This document shows, in pieces, positions 7,761 to 16,346 of a DNA stretch of 64,000 bases. Made by a program: the position numbers and the translations under genes. Positions within the stretch are counted from its first letter, which is position 1; the number at the start of each line of letters is the position of its first letter. The notes under the pieces are model-generated. The model had not been told where the DNA came from and made no database searches. It saw only the letters and a program-made list of their open reading frames with translations. Source of the DNA: an uncultured Actinomycetota bacterium (GTDB taxonomy: Bacteria; Actinomycetota; Actinomycetes; Actinomycetales; Dermatophilaceae); contig CAVVNI010000003.1 in NCBI GenBank assembly GCA_963749585.1, positions 550,695-614,694 on the forward strand, read 5' to 3'.

Positions 7761-8909
7761 ATGATGTCGCTGCCCCCGTTGGTCGAGCCCGGTCCGGAGC
7801 TGACTCGCGAGCAGGTAGGGCGCTATTCCCGGCATCTACTCGTGCCGGGGATCGGTATGCCGGGTCAGCGGCGACTCCTGAACGCGCGAGTATGCGTCGT
7901 GGGCGCCGGGGGGCTGGGGTGCCCGGCGTTGCAGTACCTGGCCGCAGCAGGGGTCGGGCACATCACGGTGATCGACCACGACGTCGTGGAGGTGTCCAAC
8001 CTGCAACGCCAGGTGTTGCACCGAACGGCCGACGTCGGGGTGGCGAAAGTGTCCAGCGCTGCGCGGGCCCTGGCCGAGCTGAACCCCACTGTGTCGGTGA
8101 GCACGCGGCATACGCAGGTCACGGCCGAGACCGTGGCCGACCTGATCGCCGGGCACGACGTGGTGCTGGACGGCACCGACAACTTCCCGACCCGCTATCT
8201 GGTCAACGACGCCTGCGTGCGGCAGGGGCTGCCGCTGGTGTGGGCGGCAGTGCTGCGCTTCGACGCCCAAGTCAGCACGTTCGTCCCGGCCCCGCTGGTC
8301 CCCGCCGACGAAGCCGTGCAGCTGCGCGACCTGTTCCCGAGCGCACCGCCACCGGAGGTGGTGCCCTCGTGTGCCGACGCCGGGGTGCTGGGGGCCATGG
8401 TCGGCCAGGTGGGTTCGATCATGGCTACCGAAGCGATCAAGCTGATCGCCGGTGTGGGGGAGCCGCTGCTGGGGAGGGTGCTCCTGATCGACGTTGCGGG
8501 CATGCGGATGCGCGAGATCCCGCTGCGCCCCGCCCCCGTGCAGACTTCCCGAGGGGTCCCATCGCAGGGGGTGGGTGCTAGCGATGTTCCTTCGCCGCTC
8601 TCAGCGATCTCTGCCGCCGCGTTGTCTCAGCAACTGCCGCAGGTCAACGTGTTGGATGTCCGCGAACCGGCCGAACATCACCTCGGCACCATCCCGGGCG
8701 CGGCGTTGGTGCCGCTGTCCGACGTGCTCATGTGGGCTGATCTGGAGGCACTCGCGGCCGGTCCCGTGGTCGTGACCTGCAAGGTCGGCCCGCGTGCCGA
8801 GCGGGCGGCCAGGCACTTGATCGCGTTGGGCCACGACGACGTCCGAGTGCTCACCGGGGGGATGCTGGCCTGGGGCGATGAGGTCGATCCACGCCTTCCC
8901 CGCTACTGA
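7761..8909 (+). CDS. moeZ: MoeB/ThiF-type adenylyltransferase fused to a C-terminal rhodanese domain (MoeZ-type sulfur-carrier activating enzyme)
   Basis: RYSRHLLVPGIG..GQ..L..ARVCVVGAGGLGCPALQYLAAAGVG.ITVIDHDVVEVSNLQRQ; C-terminal LDVREP.E....IPGA..VPL...CK.G.RA..A. The track ORF 7566..8909 begins inside zur; ATG 7761/7764 (MMSLPPL) is the sensible start. Confidence 0.85.
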   Translation: MMSLPPLVEPGPELTREQVGRYSRHLLVPGIGMPGQRRLLNARVCVVGAGGLGCPALQYLAAAGVGHITVIDHDVVEVSNLQRQVLHRTADVGVAKVSSAARALAELNPTVSVSTRHTQVTAETVADLIAGHDVVLDGTDNFPTRYLVNDACVRQGLPLVWAAVLRFDAQVSTFVPAPLVPADEAVQLRDLFPSAPPPEVVPSCADAGVLGAMVGQVGSIMATEAIKLIAGVGEPLLGRVLLIDVAGMRMREIPLRPAPVQTSRGVPSQGVGASDVPSPLSAISAAALSQQLPQVNVLDVREPAEHHLGTIPGAALVPLSDVLMWADLEALAAGPVVVTCKVGPRAERAARHLIALGHDDVRVLTGGMLAWGDEVDPRLPRY

Positions 8910-8986
8910 CCGGCATACCCTGGCCCAGCGGGTGTGTTGGCCAGGTCAGCGATCGGCTCCCAGTTCGATCACCAGGCAGGAGCGAG

Positions 8987-9656
8987 ATGAAGTCACAAAC
9001 GTCACGAGCGAGCAAGAAGCCAGCGCCCTCATGGGCGAGCTACCGGAACTCCATCGGCGATCGGTCCGGGATGTTCCTGGCCGTGGCCCAGAGCTGGGCG
9101 GTAAGGTCGGGCGCTCTACCTGGGCAGCTATCTCGACCTCTCACCTTCGACCGCGATCCCGTCCGTCACCTACGTCGACACCGACCGTCGCGCAGCACGC
9201 TATTTCGCGGACGAGGAGCGGGTAGCCGCCGACCTGCGGGGCCGGACCACCGCGGGTGCGGGAGTGAACGTCGACTTCCTCGCGGCCGATTTCACCGGTC
9301 CGTTGCCGCTGCCCGAGGCGAGCACGGACCTGGTGATCTCGCTGTATACCGGTCCCGCCTGGGACCACTGCCGCCGCTACCTGCGGCCGGGCGGCTTGTT
9401 CTTGGCGAACTCCAGCCACGGGGACGCCAGCCTCGCCGCCCTCGACCCGAGCCTCGAGCTCGTTGCAGCCATCAAGCACCACGGTGACCGCTATCGACTC
9501 GACACCGAGGATCTTGGCCGGTACCTAGTGCCGAAAAAGCCGGAAAGCGCCGACGCCGAGGCCATCCGGACATCCGGGCGTGGCGTTGCCTACACCCGCA
9601 GCGCCTTCGCCTATCTCTTTCGGCTGGCACCCGCCACAGCGGCCGATCCGCGGTGA
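8987..9656 (+). pseudogene. Class I SAM-dependent methyltransferase-like gene, apparently interrupted by a 1-nt frameshift near 9101-9106
   Basis: ATG 8987 has AGGAG at 8978-8982 and good third-position GC up to about 9100. The downstream part (ALYLGSYLDLSPS..VTYVDTD..., DLVISLY, YLRPGGLFL) is in the +1 frame, directly behind TAA 9102-9104. That frame has no ATG/GTG/TTG until GTG 9264. Confidence 0.5.
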
Positions 9657-9683
9657 GATGATGTGTGCAAGGACAGGAGAGGT

Positions 9684-9923
9684 ATGCCGACACTTCGCTA
9701 TTTTGCCGCCGCAGCCGAGGCCGCCCGCACCGACCACGAGGTGGTGGACGGCTCTGACGTCGCCGAGGCGCTGGACGCCGCCTGTCGCGCGCACGGCCCG
9801 AGGATGAGTCACGTCGTCGGCCACAGTTCTGTGCTCCTCCACGGCCGATATGTGTCCGACCACGCAACCCCGCTGTCCTCCGGCGATGTGCTCGATGTGC
9901 TGCCCCCCTTCGCCGGCGGTTAG
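9684..9923 (+). CDS. moaD: MoaD/ThiS-family sulfur-carrier protein (C-terminal Gly-Gly)
   Basis: MPTLRYFAAAAEAA...GDVLDVLPPFAGG-stop. GGAGAGG lies 4 nt upstream of ATG 9684 (the track ORF starts at 9663). Confidence 0.8.
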   Translation: MPTLRYFAAAAEAARTDHEVVDGSDVAEALDAACRAHGPRMSHVVGHSSVLLHGRYVSDHATPLSSGDVLDVLPPFAGG

Positions 9924-10055
9924 TGAAGCACCGGCCGGAGGTGCACTGCCGGCCAGAGTTGCACCGCCGGCCGGGGCGCCTGTCCACACGGTCCCTGCGC
10001 CGATGAGCACCAACGACGGCAGCGCGTGTGGCCGTCGTCGTAGCGACGGTGCCTG

Positions 10056-11492
10056 GTGACAGCCCAGGCCGACTACGTCATCTATCACAGCCGCGGTGGG
10101 CGGGGCGTGATCGCAGCCGCTGTCCTGGGCAGCGGCATGACGATGCTCGACGGAACCGTCGTCAACGTGGCGTTGCGGACCATCGGCGCCGACCTCGACG
10201 CGTCACTGTCCCAGCTGCAGTGGATCACCAACGGATACCTACTGTCTTTGGCGTCCCTGATTCTGCTGGGTGGGGCGCTCGGTGACCGGTTCGGTCGTCG
10301 CCGGATGTTCGTGCTGGGGACGGTGTGGTTCGCGGTGGCCTCGCTGGTGTGCGGGATAGCGCCCAACGCCGAAGTCCTGATTGCCGCCCGGGTGCTGCAG
10401 GGTGCCGGCGGCGCACTGCTGACGCCCGGGTCGCTGGCCATGATCCAAGGAGCGTTCGCCCCCAGTGAGCGCAGCACCGCGATCGGTGCCTGGACCGGTC
10501 TGGGCGCGATCGCTGCCGCGGTGGGCCCGCTGGTCGGCGGGCTGCTGATCGACTACGCCTCATGGCGCTGGATCTTCCTGATGAACATCCCGCTGGCCGT
10601 GATCGCCGTGATCATCGCCCAACGCACGGTGCCTGAGTCCCGAGATCCGGAGTCGGTGAAGGGTTTCGACATCAGTGGGTCGACGCTAGCGGTGCTCAGC
10701 CTTGCCGGCGCCACCTATGCCCTGATCGAGTGGGGTGGGCCGACGGCAATCGTCGCGGCGCTGGTCGGTGCCGCAGCCAGCGCGGCCTTCATCCTGGTCG
10801 AGCGACGCTCCCGGAATCCGCTGATGCCGCTGTCGATGTTCACCAACCGGACATTCAGCGCCGCGAACTTGATGACCCTGCTGGTGTACGGGGCCCTCGG
10901 TGCCATCTTCTTCTTCCTGGTGCTGCAGCTGCAGACCGTCGCCGGATACACAGCGCTGCAGGCGGGCCTCGCGACGCTGCCGATCACGATCTGTATGTTG
11001 TTCCTCGCTGCGCGCGGCGGCCGGTTGGCGACCCGGATCGGGCCACGACTCCCGATGACGATCGGCCCGATGGTCATGGCGGTGGGCGTGCTGTGGCTGC
11101 TGACCGTGGGGCCGGACACGGTCTACTGGCTGCACGTACTGCCGGGGATGACGGTCTTCGGGTTGGGTTTGGCGTTGATGGTGGCACCGCTGACGGCCAC
11201 GGTGCTGGCGGCCGCGCAGGACCGGCATGCCGGGATCGCCAGCGGGGTCAACAACGCCATCTCCCGCACCGGATCGCTGTTGTCCGTGGCTGCCCTGCCA
11301 GTGCTCGTCGGGCTCTCGGGCGATGACTACGCCATACCGGCGGTCTTCGATGCGGGGTATGAGCGTGCGCTCATCATCTGCGCTGTCCTGCTGGTGGTTG
11401 GTGGCGTGATCTCGTGGGTGCTGATCCCGGCCAAGCTGGTCGACTGCCGGCCGGCGGAAGCGCAGGCGATACCCTCACCAGAGCGCAACTGA
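10056..11492 (+). CDS. MFS transporter, DHA2 (EmrB/QacA-like, 14-TMS) family
   Basis: LDGTVVNVAL..I...., WI.NGYLL.LA.L.LLGG.LGDRFGRR, about 14 hydrophobic segments, 478 aa. Confidence 0.85.
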   Translation: MTAQADYVIYHSRGGRGVIAAAVLGSGMTMLDGTVVNVALRTIGADLDASLSQLQWITNGYLLSLASLILLGGALGDRFGRRRMFVLGTVWFAVASLVCGIAPNAEVLIAARVLQGAGGALLTPGSLAMIQGAFAPSERSTAIGAWTGLGAIAAAVGPLVGGLLIDYASWRWIFLMNIPLAVIAVIIAQRTVPESRDPESVKGFDISGSTLAVLSLAGATYALIEWGGPTAIVAALVGAAASAAFILVERRSRNPLMPLSMFTNRTFSAANLMTLLVYGALGAIFFFLVLQLQTVAGYTALQAGLATLPITICMLFLAARGGRLATRIGPRLPMTIGPMVMAVGVLWLLTVGPDTVYWLHVLPGMTVFGLGLALMVAPLTATVLAAAQDRHAGIASGVNNAISRTGSLLSVAALPVLVGLSGDDYAIPAVFDAGYERALIICAVLLVVGGVISWVLIPAKLVDCRPAEAQAIPSPERN

Positions 11493-11631
11493 CCGAAATG
11501 CGCGCGAACAACACCTTCGCGGGCATGATCTGAGCGCATCCGGGTCATCTCAGCGCACTGAGGTCATGTGCGAGCACTCGACCGACGAACGGGCCCGACG
11601 AGGAACTCCACGACCCTCACGTTGCTCGTGA

Positions 11632-11663
11632 CCGGGTGGCCGGGTGGCCGGGTGGCCGGGTGG
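11632..11663. repeat. Tandem octamer (CCGGGTGG) x4
   Basis: Read directly: four perfect head-to-tail copies in the convergent intergenic region, 18 nt from the moaA stop. Confidence 0.9.
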
Positions 11664-11680
11664 CCGAACCGTTGAACTGG

Positions 11681-12694
11681 TTAACCGCCGATGGCGCTCA
11701 TCGGCCGATGTGGCTGCAGGAAGCCAGGCTCGTTGATGCCGTGACCTGGCAGCTTGGCGCCGATGCTGGCGCGGAACAGGGCCGCCAGCTCTTGGTCGCT
11801 CGCTCCGTCGCGCAGCGGGGTGCGCAGGTCCGTTTCTCCGGTAGCAAACAGGCAGTTGCGCAGCTGGCCATCCGCGGTCAGGCGCACCCGGTCGCAGGAG
11901 CCGCAGAACGGCGAGGTCACCGACGCGATGACCCCGACTGTAGCCGGACCGCCATCGACATAGAACAGCTCGGCCGGCGCACTGCCGCGTTGCGACACCG
12001 GGGTGAGGTCGTATGTCGGCGCCAGGAGCGCGTGGATCTCTTCGCCGGTGACCATCGACTCGCGGTGCCAGGTGTGCCCCGCGTCCAGCGGCATCTGCTC
12101 GATGAACCGCAGTTCGTAGCCGCATTCGAGGGCGAACGCCAGCAGCTCCGGTGCCTCATGGTCATTGACGCCGCGCAGCAGCACGGTGTTGAGCTTCAGC
12201 GGGGTGAGCCCGGCGTCGGCGGCCGCCTGAATGCCGACGAGGGTATCCTCCAGCCGGTCCCGCCGAGCCATCTGCTTGAACGTGTCGGCACGAAGAGTGT
12301 CCAAACTGATGTTCACCCGCGTCAACCCCGCGTCGGCCAGCGCCTGAGCCGCTTTGTCCAGCCCGAGCGCGTTGGTCGTCATGGAGACCTCGACCGGTCC
12401 CTCGGCCCCTTCGAGCGAGGCGATGCCGGCCACCATGTCGACCAGGTCACGGCGCAGCAGGGGCTCTCCGCCAGTCAACCGCACCTCGGTGATGCCGAGC
12501 GACACAGCGACCTGGGCCAGGCGCAAGAGCTCCTCGGTGCTGAGCATCGTGGTTTTGGCCAGCCATGGCACCCCTTGCTCAGGCATGCAGTAGGTGCAGC
12601 GCAGCGAGCAACGGTCAGTCACCGAAATGCGCAGGTCGCGGTGCACCCGGTCGAAGCGGTCGACCAGGGTCACGGGAAGGGGCGCAGGGGTCAT
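11681..12694 (-). CDS. moaA: GTP 3',8-cyclase (molybdenum cofactor biosynthesis protein A)
   Basis: Radical-SAM motif CSLRCTYCMP, LTGGEPLLR, C-terminal cluster SPFCGSCDRVRLTADG. Confidence 0.95.
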   Translation of the reverse strand: MTPAPLPVTLVDRFDRVHRDLRISVTDRCSLRCTYCMPEQGVPWLAKTTMLSTEELLRLAQVAVSLGITEVRLTGGEPLLRRDLVDMVAGIASLEGAEGPVEVSMTTNALGLDKAAQALADAGLTRVNISLDTLRADTFKQMARRDRLEDTLVGIQAAADAGLTPLKLNTVLLRGVNDHEAPELLAFALECGYELRFIEQMPLDAGHTWHRESMVTGEEIHALLAPTYDLTPVSQRGSAPAELFYVDGGPATVGVIASVTSPFCGSCDRVRLTADGQLRNCLFATGETDLRTPLRDGASDQELAALFRASIGAKLPGHGINEPGFLQPHRPMSAIGG

Positions 12695-12759
12695 GATCGT
12701 TCCATCGTAAATGGCGGACGCAACTCCGGTATCGGCGGTGAACAGGCGAGCATGGCGGC

Positions 12760-13629
12760 TCAGGGGGCGCCGTCCACCACTCGCTCAGGGTGGGTGTAGA
12801 CGTTCAGGGACGTGTTGCGGACAAAGCCGACCATCGTCATCCCCGCTTCCTGCGCGGTCTCGATCGCGAGCGAGCTCGGCGCTGACACAGCCGAGATGAC
12901 CGGCACCCCGGCGAGGTAGGCCTTCTGGGTCAGCTCGAACGAGACTCGCCCGCTGACTTGCAGGACATGCCCGCGCAGCGGAAGCCTGTCCTCTTGCATG
13001 GCCCAGCCGATGACCTTGTCGACGGCGTTGTGCCGGCCGACGTCTTCGCGCACGACCACGGCCTCGCCGTCGGCGGTGAACAATCCTGCGGCGTGAAGTC
13101 CACCGGTGCGCTCGAAGGTGGGTTGCGCCTGCCGCAGCTGTCCGGGAAGGTCGAGCAACGTGGCTGCCGGCACCCGAGTCCGATCCGTGCTCAGGTCGTA
13201 TGCCGCGCGCACGGCAAGCTCGTCGATGCTGGCTTTGCCGCACACCCCGCAGGCGCTCGAGGTCAGGAATGCCCGAGAGCGCCCGGACTCGATCGGGTCG
13301 ACGACGTGCGGGGCCAGCTGAACTTCGATGACGTTGTAGGTGTTCACCTCGGTCCCGGTGCCGTCATCCATCACCGCCCCGGCGCAGTAGCGGGCAGACA
13401 CGATGTCGCCTTTGGCCGCGATGATGCCCTCAGCGTGCAGAAAACCGTGCAGCCATTCGATGTCATGTCCGGGTGTGCGCATGGTGACGGTGAGCGGAGC
13501 CTGCCCGATCCGAAGCTCGAGCGGTTCCTCGACCACGACTGTGTCGGGCCGCGTGTGTGCGGCCAGCTGCTGAGTCTCCGGGTCGAGGGCATACCGTCGC
13601 GTCCGTTGCCGCACGGTTACTCGTCCCAT
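12760..13629 (-). CDS. fdhD: Formate dehydrogenase accessory sulfurtransferase FdhD
   Basis: EEPLELR..., TSSACGVCGK.SI, GGLHAAGLF, EDVGRHNAVDKVIGWA. Strong RBS GGAGGAACACC before the ATG. Confidence 0.9.
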   Translation of the reverse strand: MGRVTVRQRTRRYALDPETQQLAAHTRPDTVVVEEPLELRIGQAPLTVTMRTPGHDIEWLHGFLHAEGIIAAKGDIVSARYCAGAVMDDGTGTEVNTYNVIEVQLAPHVVDPIESGRSRAFLTSSACGVCGKASIDELAVRAAYDLSTDRTRVPAATLLDLPGQLRQAQPTFERTGGLHAAGLFTADGEAVVVREDVGRHNAVDKVIGWAMQEDRLPLRGHVLQVSGRVSFELTQKAYLAGVPVISAVSAPSSLAIETAQEAGMTMVGFVRNTSLNVYTHPERVVDGAP

Positions 13630-13729
13630 GGTGTTCCTCCTCGCCCGACCTACGCAGTATGACGGGGCAACCTCGCCGGCCGAGAACCGCCCTCATGACA
13701 CGCCCAGGAGAGGCAGGCACGATGGGCGT

Positions 13730-14932
13730 ATGACTGATCGCGAGTACGACCTCATCCTGGTTGGGGCCACTGGCTTCGTGGGCCGACTGACCGCCGCATA
13801 CCTGGCCACAGCAGCATCGGGTGAACTCAGGATCGCCATGGCCGGCCGATCCCGGGACAAGTTGGAAAGCACCCGTGCCGAGCTACCGCCGGCCGCGCAT
13901 CGCTGGCCGCTGCTGACGCTGGACGTCACCGACGCCCAGGCGGCCGCCGAGATCAGTAGGCGCACCCGCGTGATCGTGACCACGGTCGGCCCCTATGCCA
14001 AGTACGGCCAAGAGCTGATCGCCGCCTGCGCTGAACACGGCACGCACTACGCCGACCTGACCGGTGAGGTGCTGTTCGTGCGCGAGGCCATCGAGCACCA
14101 TCATGCCCGCGCGGGAGACACCGGCGCTCGCCTAGTGCCCTCGTGCGGCTTCGACTCAGTTCCCTCCGACCTCGGCATGCTGTTGGCTGACCATGCTGCG
14201 GCCGCAGATCACGAGGGCCGGCTGGTGGAGGCCACACTGCATGTGCGCCGCGCCAAGGGTGGTTTCAGCGGCGGCACGGTCGACTCCATGCGCCAGCAGA
14301 TGATCGCGATGACCGCCGATCCGTCGACCCGCCGAGTGGTCGCGAACCCCGACGCGCTCGCAGCCCAGCGCACGACATACGGACGCGGGGAGGCTCCTAT
14401 CGGCAAAGACTCGAGCACCGGCCGCTGGCACGGTCCGTTCGTGATGTCCGGCTATAACACGCGCGTGGTGCGCCGCTCCTGGTCGCTCAACCACGGCGAT
14501 GCCCCGCTGATCTACGACGAGGTCGTCGACACCGGCCGCGGACCCAAGGGCGCAGCGACCGCGGCGGCGGTGGGGCTCGGCACGGCCGGGTTGGCCGCGG
14601 CCATGGCAATCGGTCCCGCCCGCTCGGTCTTGGACAGGTTTCTCCCGTCGCCGGGGGAAGGACCGAGTGAGGAGCAGCGGGCAGCCGGCATGTTCGAGAT
14701 CGAGATCGACGCAGAGACCACGACCGGAGCGCGCTATCTGGTGACCGTGGCCGCCCCTTACGACCCCGGCTATGACGGCACCGCTGTCATGCTCGGCGAG
14801 TCCGGGCTGGCGTTGGCCGCCGGTGAAGGGAGCGAGCGCGCCGGCGTGTTGACGCCTGCAACCGCTTTGGGTGAGGCCTTGGTCGACCGGTTGCGGGCTC
14901 GGAGTTTCACCTTCACGGTGAGCCGCAGATGA
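13730..14932 (+). CDS. Saccharopine dehydrogenase-like / trans-acting enoyl reductase family oxidoreductase
   Basis: MTDREYDLILVGATGFVGRLTAAYLA..., VGPYAKYG..L..ACAE.GTHY.DLTGE. The track ORF starts at 13628, but homology begins at ATG 13730. Confidence 0.8.
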   Translation: MTDREYDLILVGATGFVGRLTAAYLATAASGELRIAMAGRSRDKLESTRAELPPAAHRWPLLTLDVTDAQAAAEISRRTRVIVTTVGPYAKYGQELIAACAEHGTHYADLTGEVLFVREAIEHHHARAGDTGARLVPSCGFDSVPSDLGMLLADHAAAADHEGRLVEATLHVRRAKGGFSGGTVDSMRQQMIAMTADPSTRRVVANPDALAAQRTTYGRGEAPIGKDSSTGRWHGPFVMSGYNTRVVRRSWSLNHGDAPLIYDEVVDTGRGPKGAATAAAVGLGTAGLAAAMAIGPARSVLDRFLPSPGEGPSEEQRAAGMFEIEIDAETTTGARYLVTVAAPYDPGYDGTAVMLGESGLALAAGEGSERAGVLTPATALGEALVDRLRARSFTFTVSRR

Positions 14933-14963
14933 GTGCGGATCGATTGATGCTCGCGGGGCTGAG

Positions 14964-15422
14964 GTGAGTCCGCAGCGTCTCTATCGGATTGCTGCGACCG
15001 CCGAGGCCATCACCTGGACGTTGCTCTTGCTCGGTATGTTCGCCAAGTATGTGACCCGAACCACCGATGTGGGCGTCACCATCGCCGGTGCGCTGCACGG
15101 CTTCGTCTTCCTGGCTTTCTGCGCGACCACCGTGCTCGTGGCGGTCGACCAACGCTGGTCGCTGCGCCAGAGCGCGCTGGGCCTTGGCTCGGGCATCCCG
15201 CCGCTGCTGACGATCCCCTTCGAGCGATGGGCCGAACGCCGGGGACTGCTCGGAGCGACCTGGCGGTTGCGCCACCAGGCACCGCGCGGCCCGCTGGAGC
15301 CCCTCGTCGGGTATGCCGTGGCTCGCCCCGTCGCCGCCATCCTGACGATCGCTGTCGCGGTGGTCCTGGTGTTTGGCGTCTTGTTGGCGCTCGGTCCTCC
15401 CACGGGTCTTGTCGATGCCTGA
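14964..15422 (+). CDS. DUF3817 membrane protein
   Basis: LYRIAATAEAITWTLLLLGMFAKYV......GV.I.GALHGFVFLAFC, four TM helices, small size. Confidence 0.7.
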   Translation: MSPQRLYRIAATAEAITWTLLLLGMFAKYVTRTTDVGVTIAGALHGFVFLAFCATTVLVAVDQRWSLRQSALGLGSGIPPLLTIPFERWAERRGLLGATWRLRHQAPRGPLEPLVGYAVARPVAAILTIAVAVVLVFGVLLALGPPTGLVDA

Positions 15423-15457
15423 AAACTTGAGATCGCCGTCGCGCCGGACACTCGGCC

Positions 15458-16183
15458 ATGACTGACCTGCTCGCGCAGATCTGGGAGCGGGCCACCACGA
15501 CACAGTCCGCTCCGCCGGTGCTCATCGTGGCGGGACTGGGCATCCTGGCCCTCCTAGCGGTGGGCGCGCCGCAGGGCTATCGGCTGGTACGACACGGTGT
15601 GACGGTGCTGCACGAGGCAGGCCACGCGGTCGTGGCGCTGCTGGTCGGACGGCGACTATCCGGAATCAGGCTGCACTCCGACACCTCGGGTGTGACAGTG
15701 TCCCGTGGCCGGTCCTCCGGCCCTGGGATGGTCGCGACCCTCACCGCAGGCTATCCGGCACCCGCACTGGTCGCCCTGGTCGGCACCGTCGTGCTGAATG
15801 CCGGGTATGCCGTCGGTCTGCTCTGGGCGCTGGTGGCCTTGACGGCCGCGATGGTGCTCTTCGTCCGCAACCTCTACGGGCTGGGCGTGCTGGTGACGAT
15901 CGGTGTCAGTGTCGCGCTGGTGACCTGGACGCTTCCTGCGGTTGCGGCTTCGGCGATTGCCTACGCTCTCGTCTGGATGCTGCTTCTGGCGGCCCCGAGG
16001 TCGGTCCTCGAGCTGTCCGCGAACCGGCGCCGGGCCAGGAGATCCGGCAGGTGGGACAACACCTCCGATGCCGCACAGCTGGCCCGGCTCACCGGGTTCC
16101 CCGCCCCCTTCTGGCTTGCCGTCTTCGCTCTCGTCACCCTGCTGTGCGCCGCAGGTGGCGCTGCCCTGCTGCTGGGAGTCTGA
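15458..16183 (+). CDS. M50B-like membrane metallopeptidase
   Basis: VTVLHEAGHAVVALLVGRRLSGIRLHSDTSG.T (HExxH within a TM helix), polytopic. Confidence 0.7.
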   Translation: MTDLLAQIWERATTTQSAPPVLIVAGLGILALLAVGAPQGYRLVRHGVTVLHEAGHAVVALLVGRRLSGIRLHSDTSGVTVSRGRSSGPGMVATLTAGYPAPALVALVGTVVLNAGYAVGLLWALVALTAAMVLFVRNLYGLGVLVTIGVSVALVTWTLPAVAASAIAYALVWMLLLAAPRSVLELSANRRRARRSGRWDNTSDAAQLARLTGFPAPFWLAVFALVTLLCAAGGAALLLGV

Positions 16184-16283
16184 GCGCCGGCTTGGCCGAC
16201 GTCATGGTTGCGGTCTGCGGCAAGCGTCTTCACGCGGGCGCCCGCGATGGATCCTTTATCCCGCGACACGCCCGGGCGCGACC

Positions 16284-16318
16284 GGCTCAGGGGTGCAGGT
16301 GAACCCCTGAGCCGTTTT
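16284..16318 (+). terminator. Rho-independent terminator-like hairpin
   Basis: GGCTCAGGGG (16284-16293), a 10-nt loop, CCCCTGAGCC (16304-16313), then GTTTTGG. It lies between convergent genes. Confidence 0.6.
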
Positions 16319-16346
16319 GGGCGGGCGTGTCGTCGGCACGGGTCGG

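Noticed and set aside
9928-9974. Three GCAC(C/T)GCCGGCC-like repeats and ACGR-containing hairpins between moaD and the MFS gene, considered as a mini-ykkC/guanidine-type riboswitch or attenuator.
   Set aside because: The ACGA/ACGG loops are not closed by the conserved G-C stems of mini-ykkC, and the downstream gene is not a guanidine-exporter type. The repeats are explained by self-complementary GGCCGG/CCGGCC runs, common in GC-rich spacers. At most it is a weak terminator hairpin.
11632-11663. The tandem octamer array considered as a CRISPR or mini-CRISPR.
   Set aside because: The units abut directly with no spacers, are only 8 bp long, and no cas genes are present.
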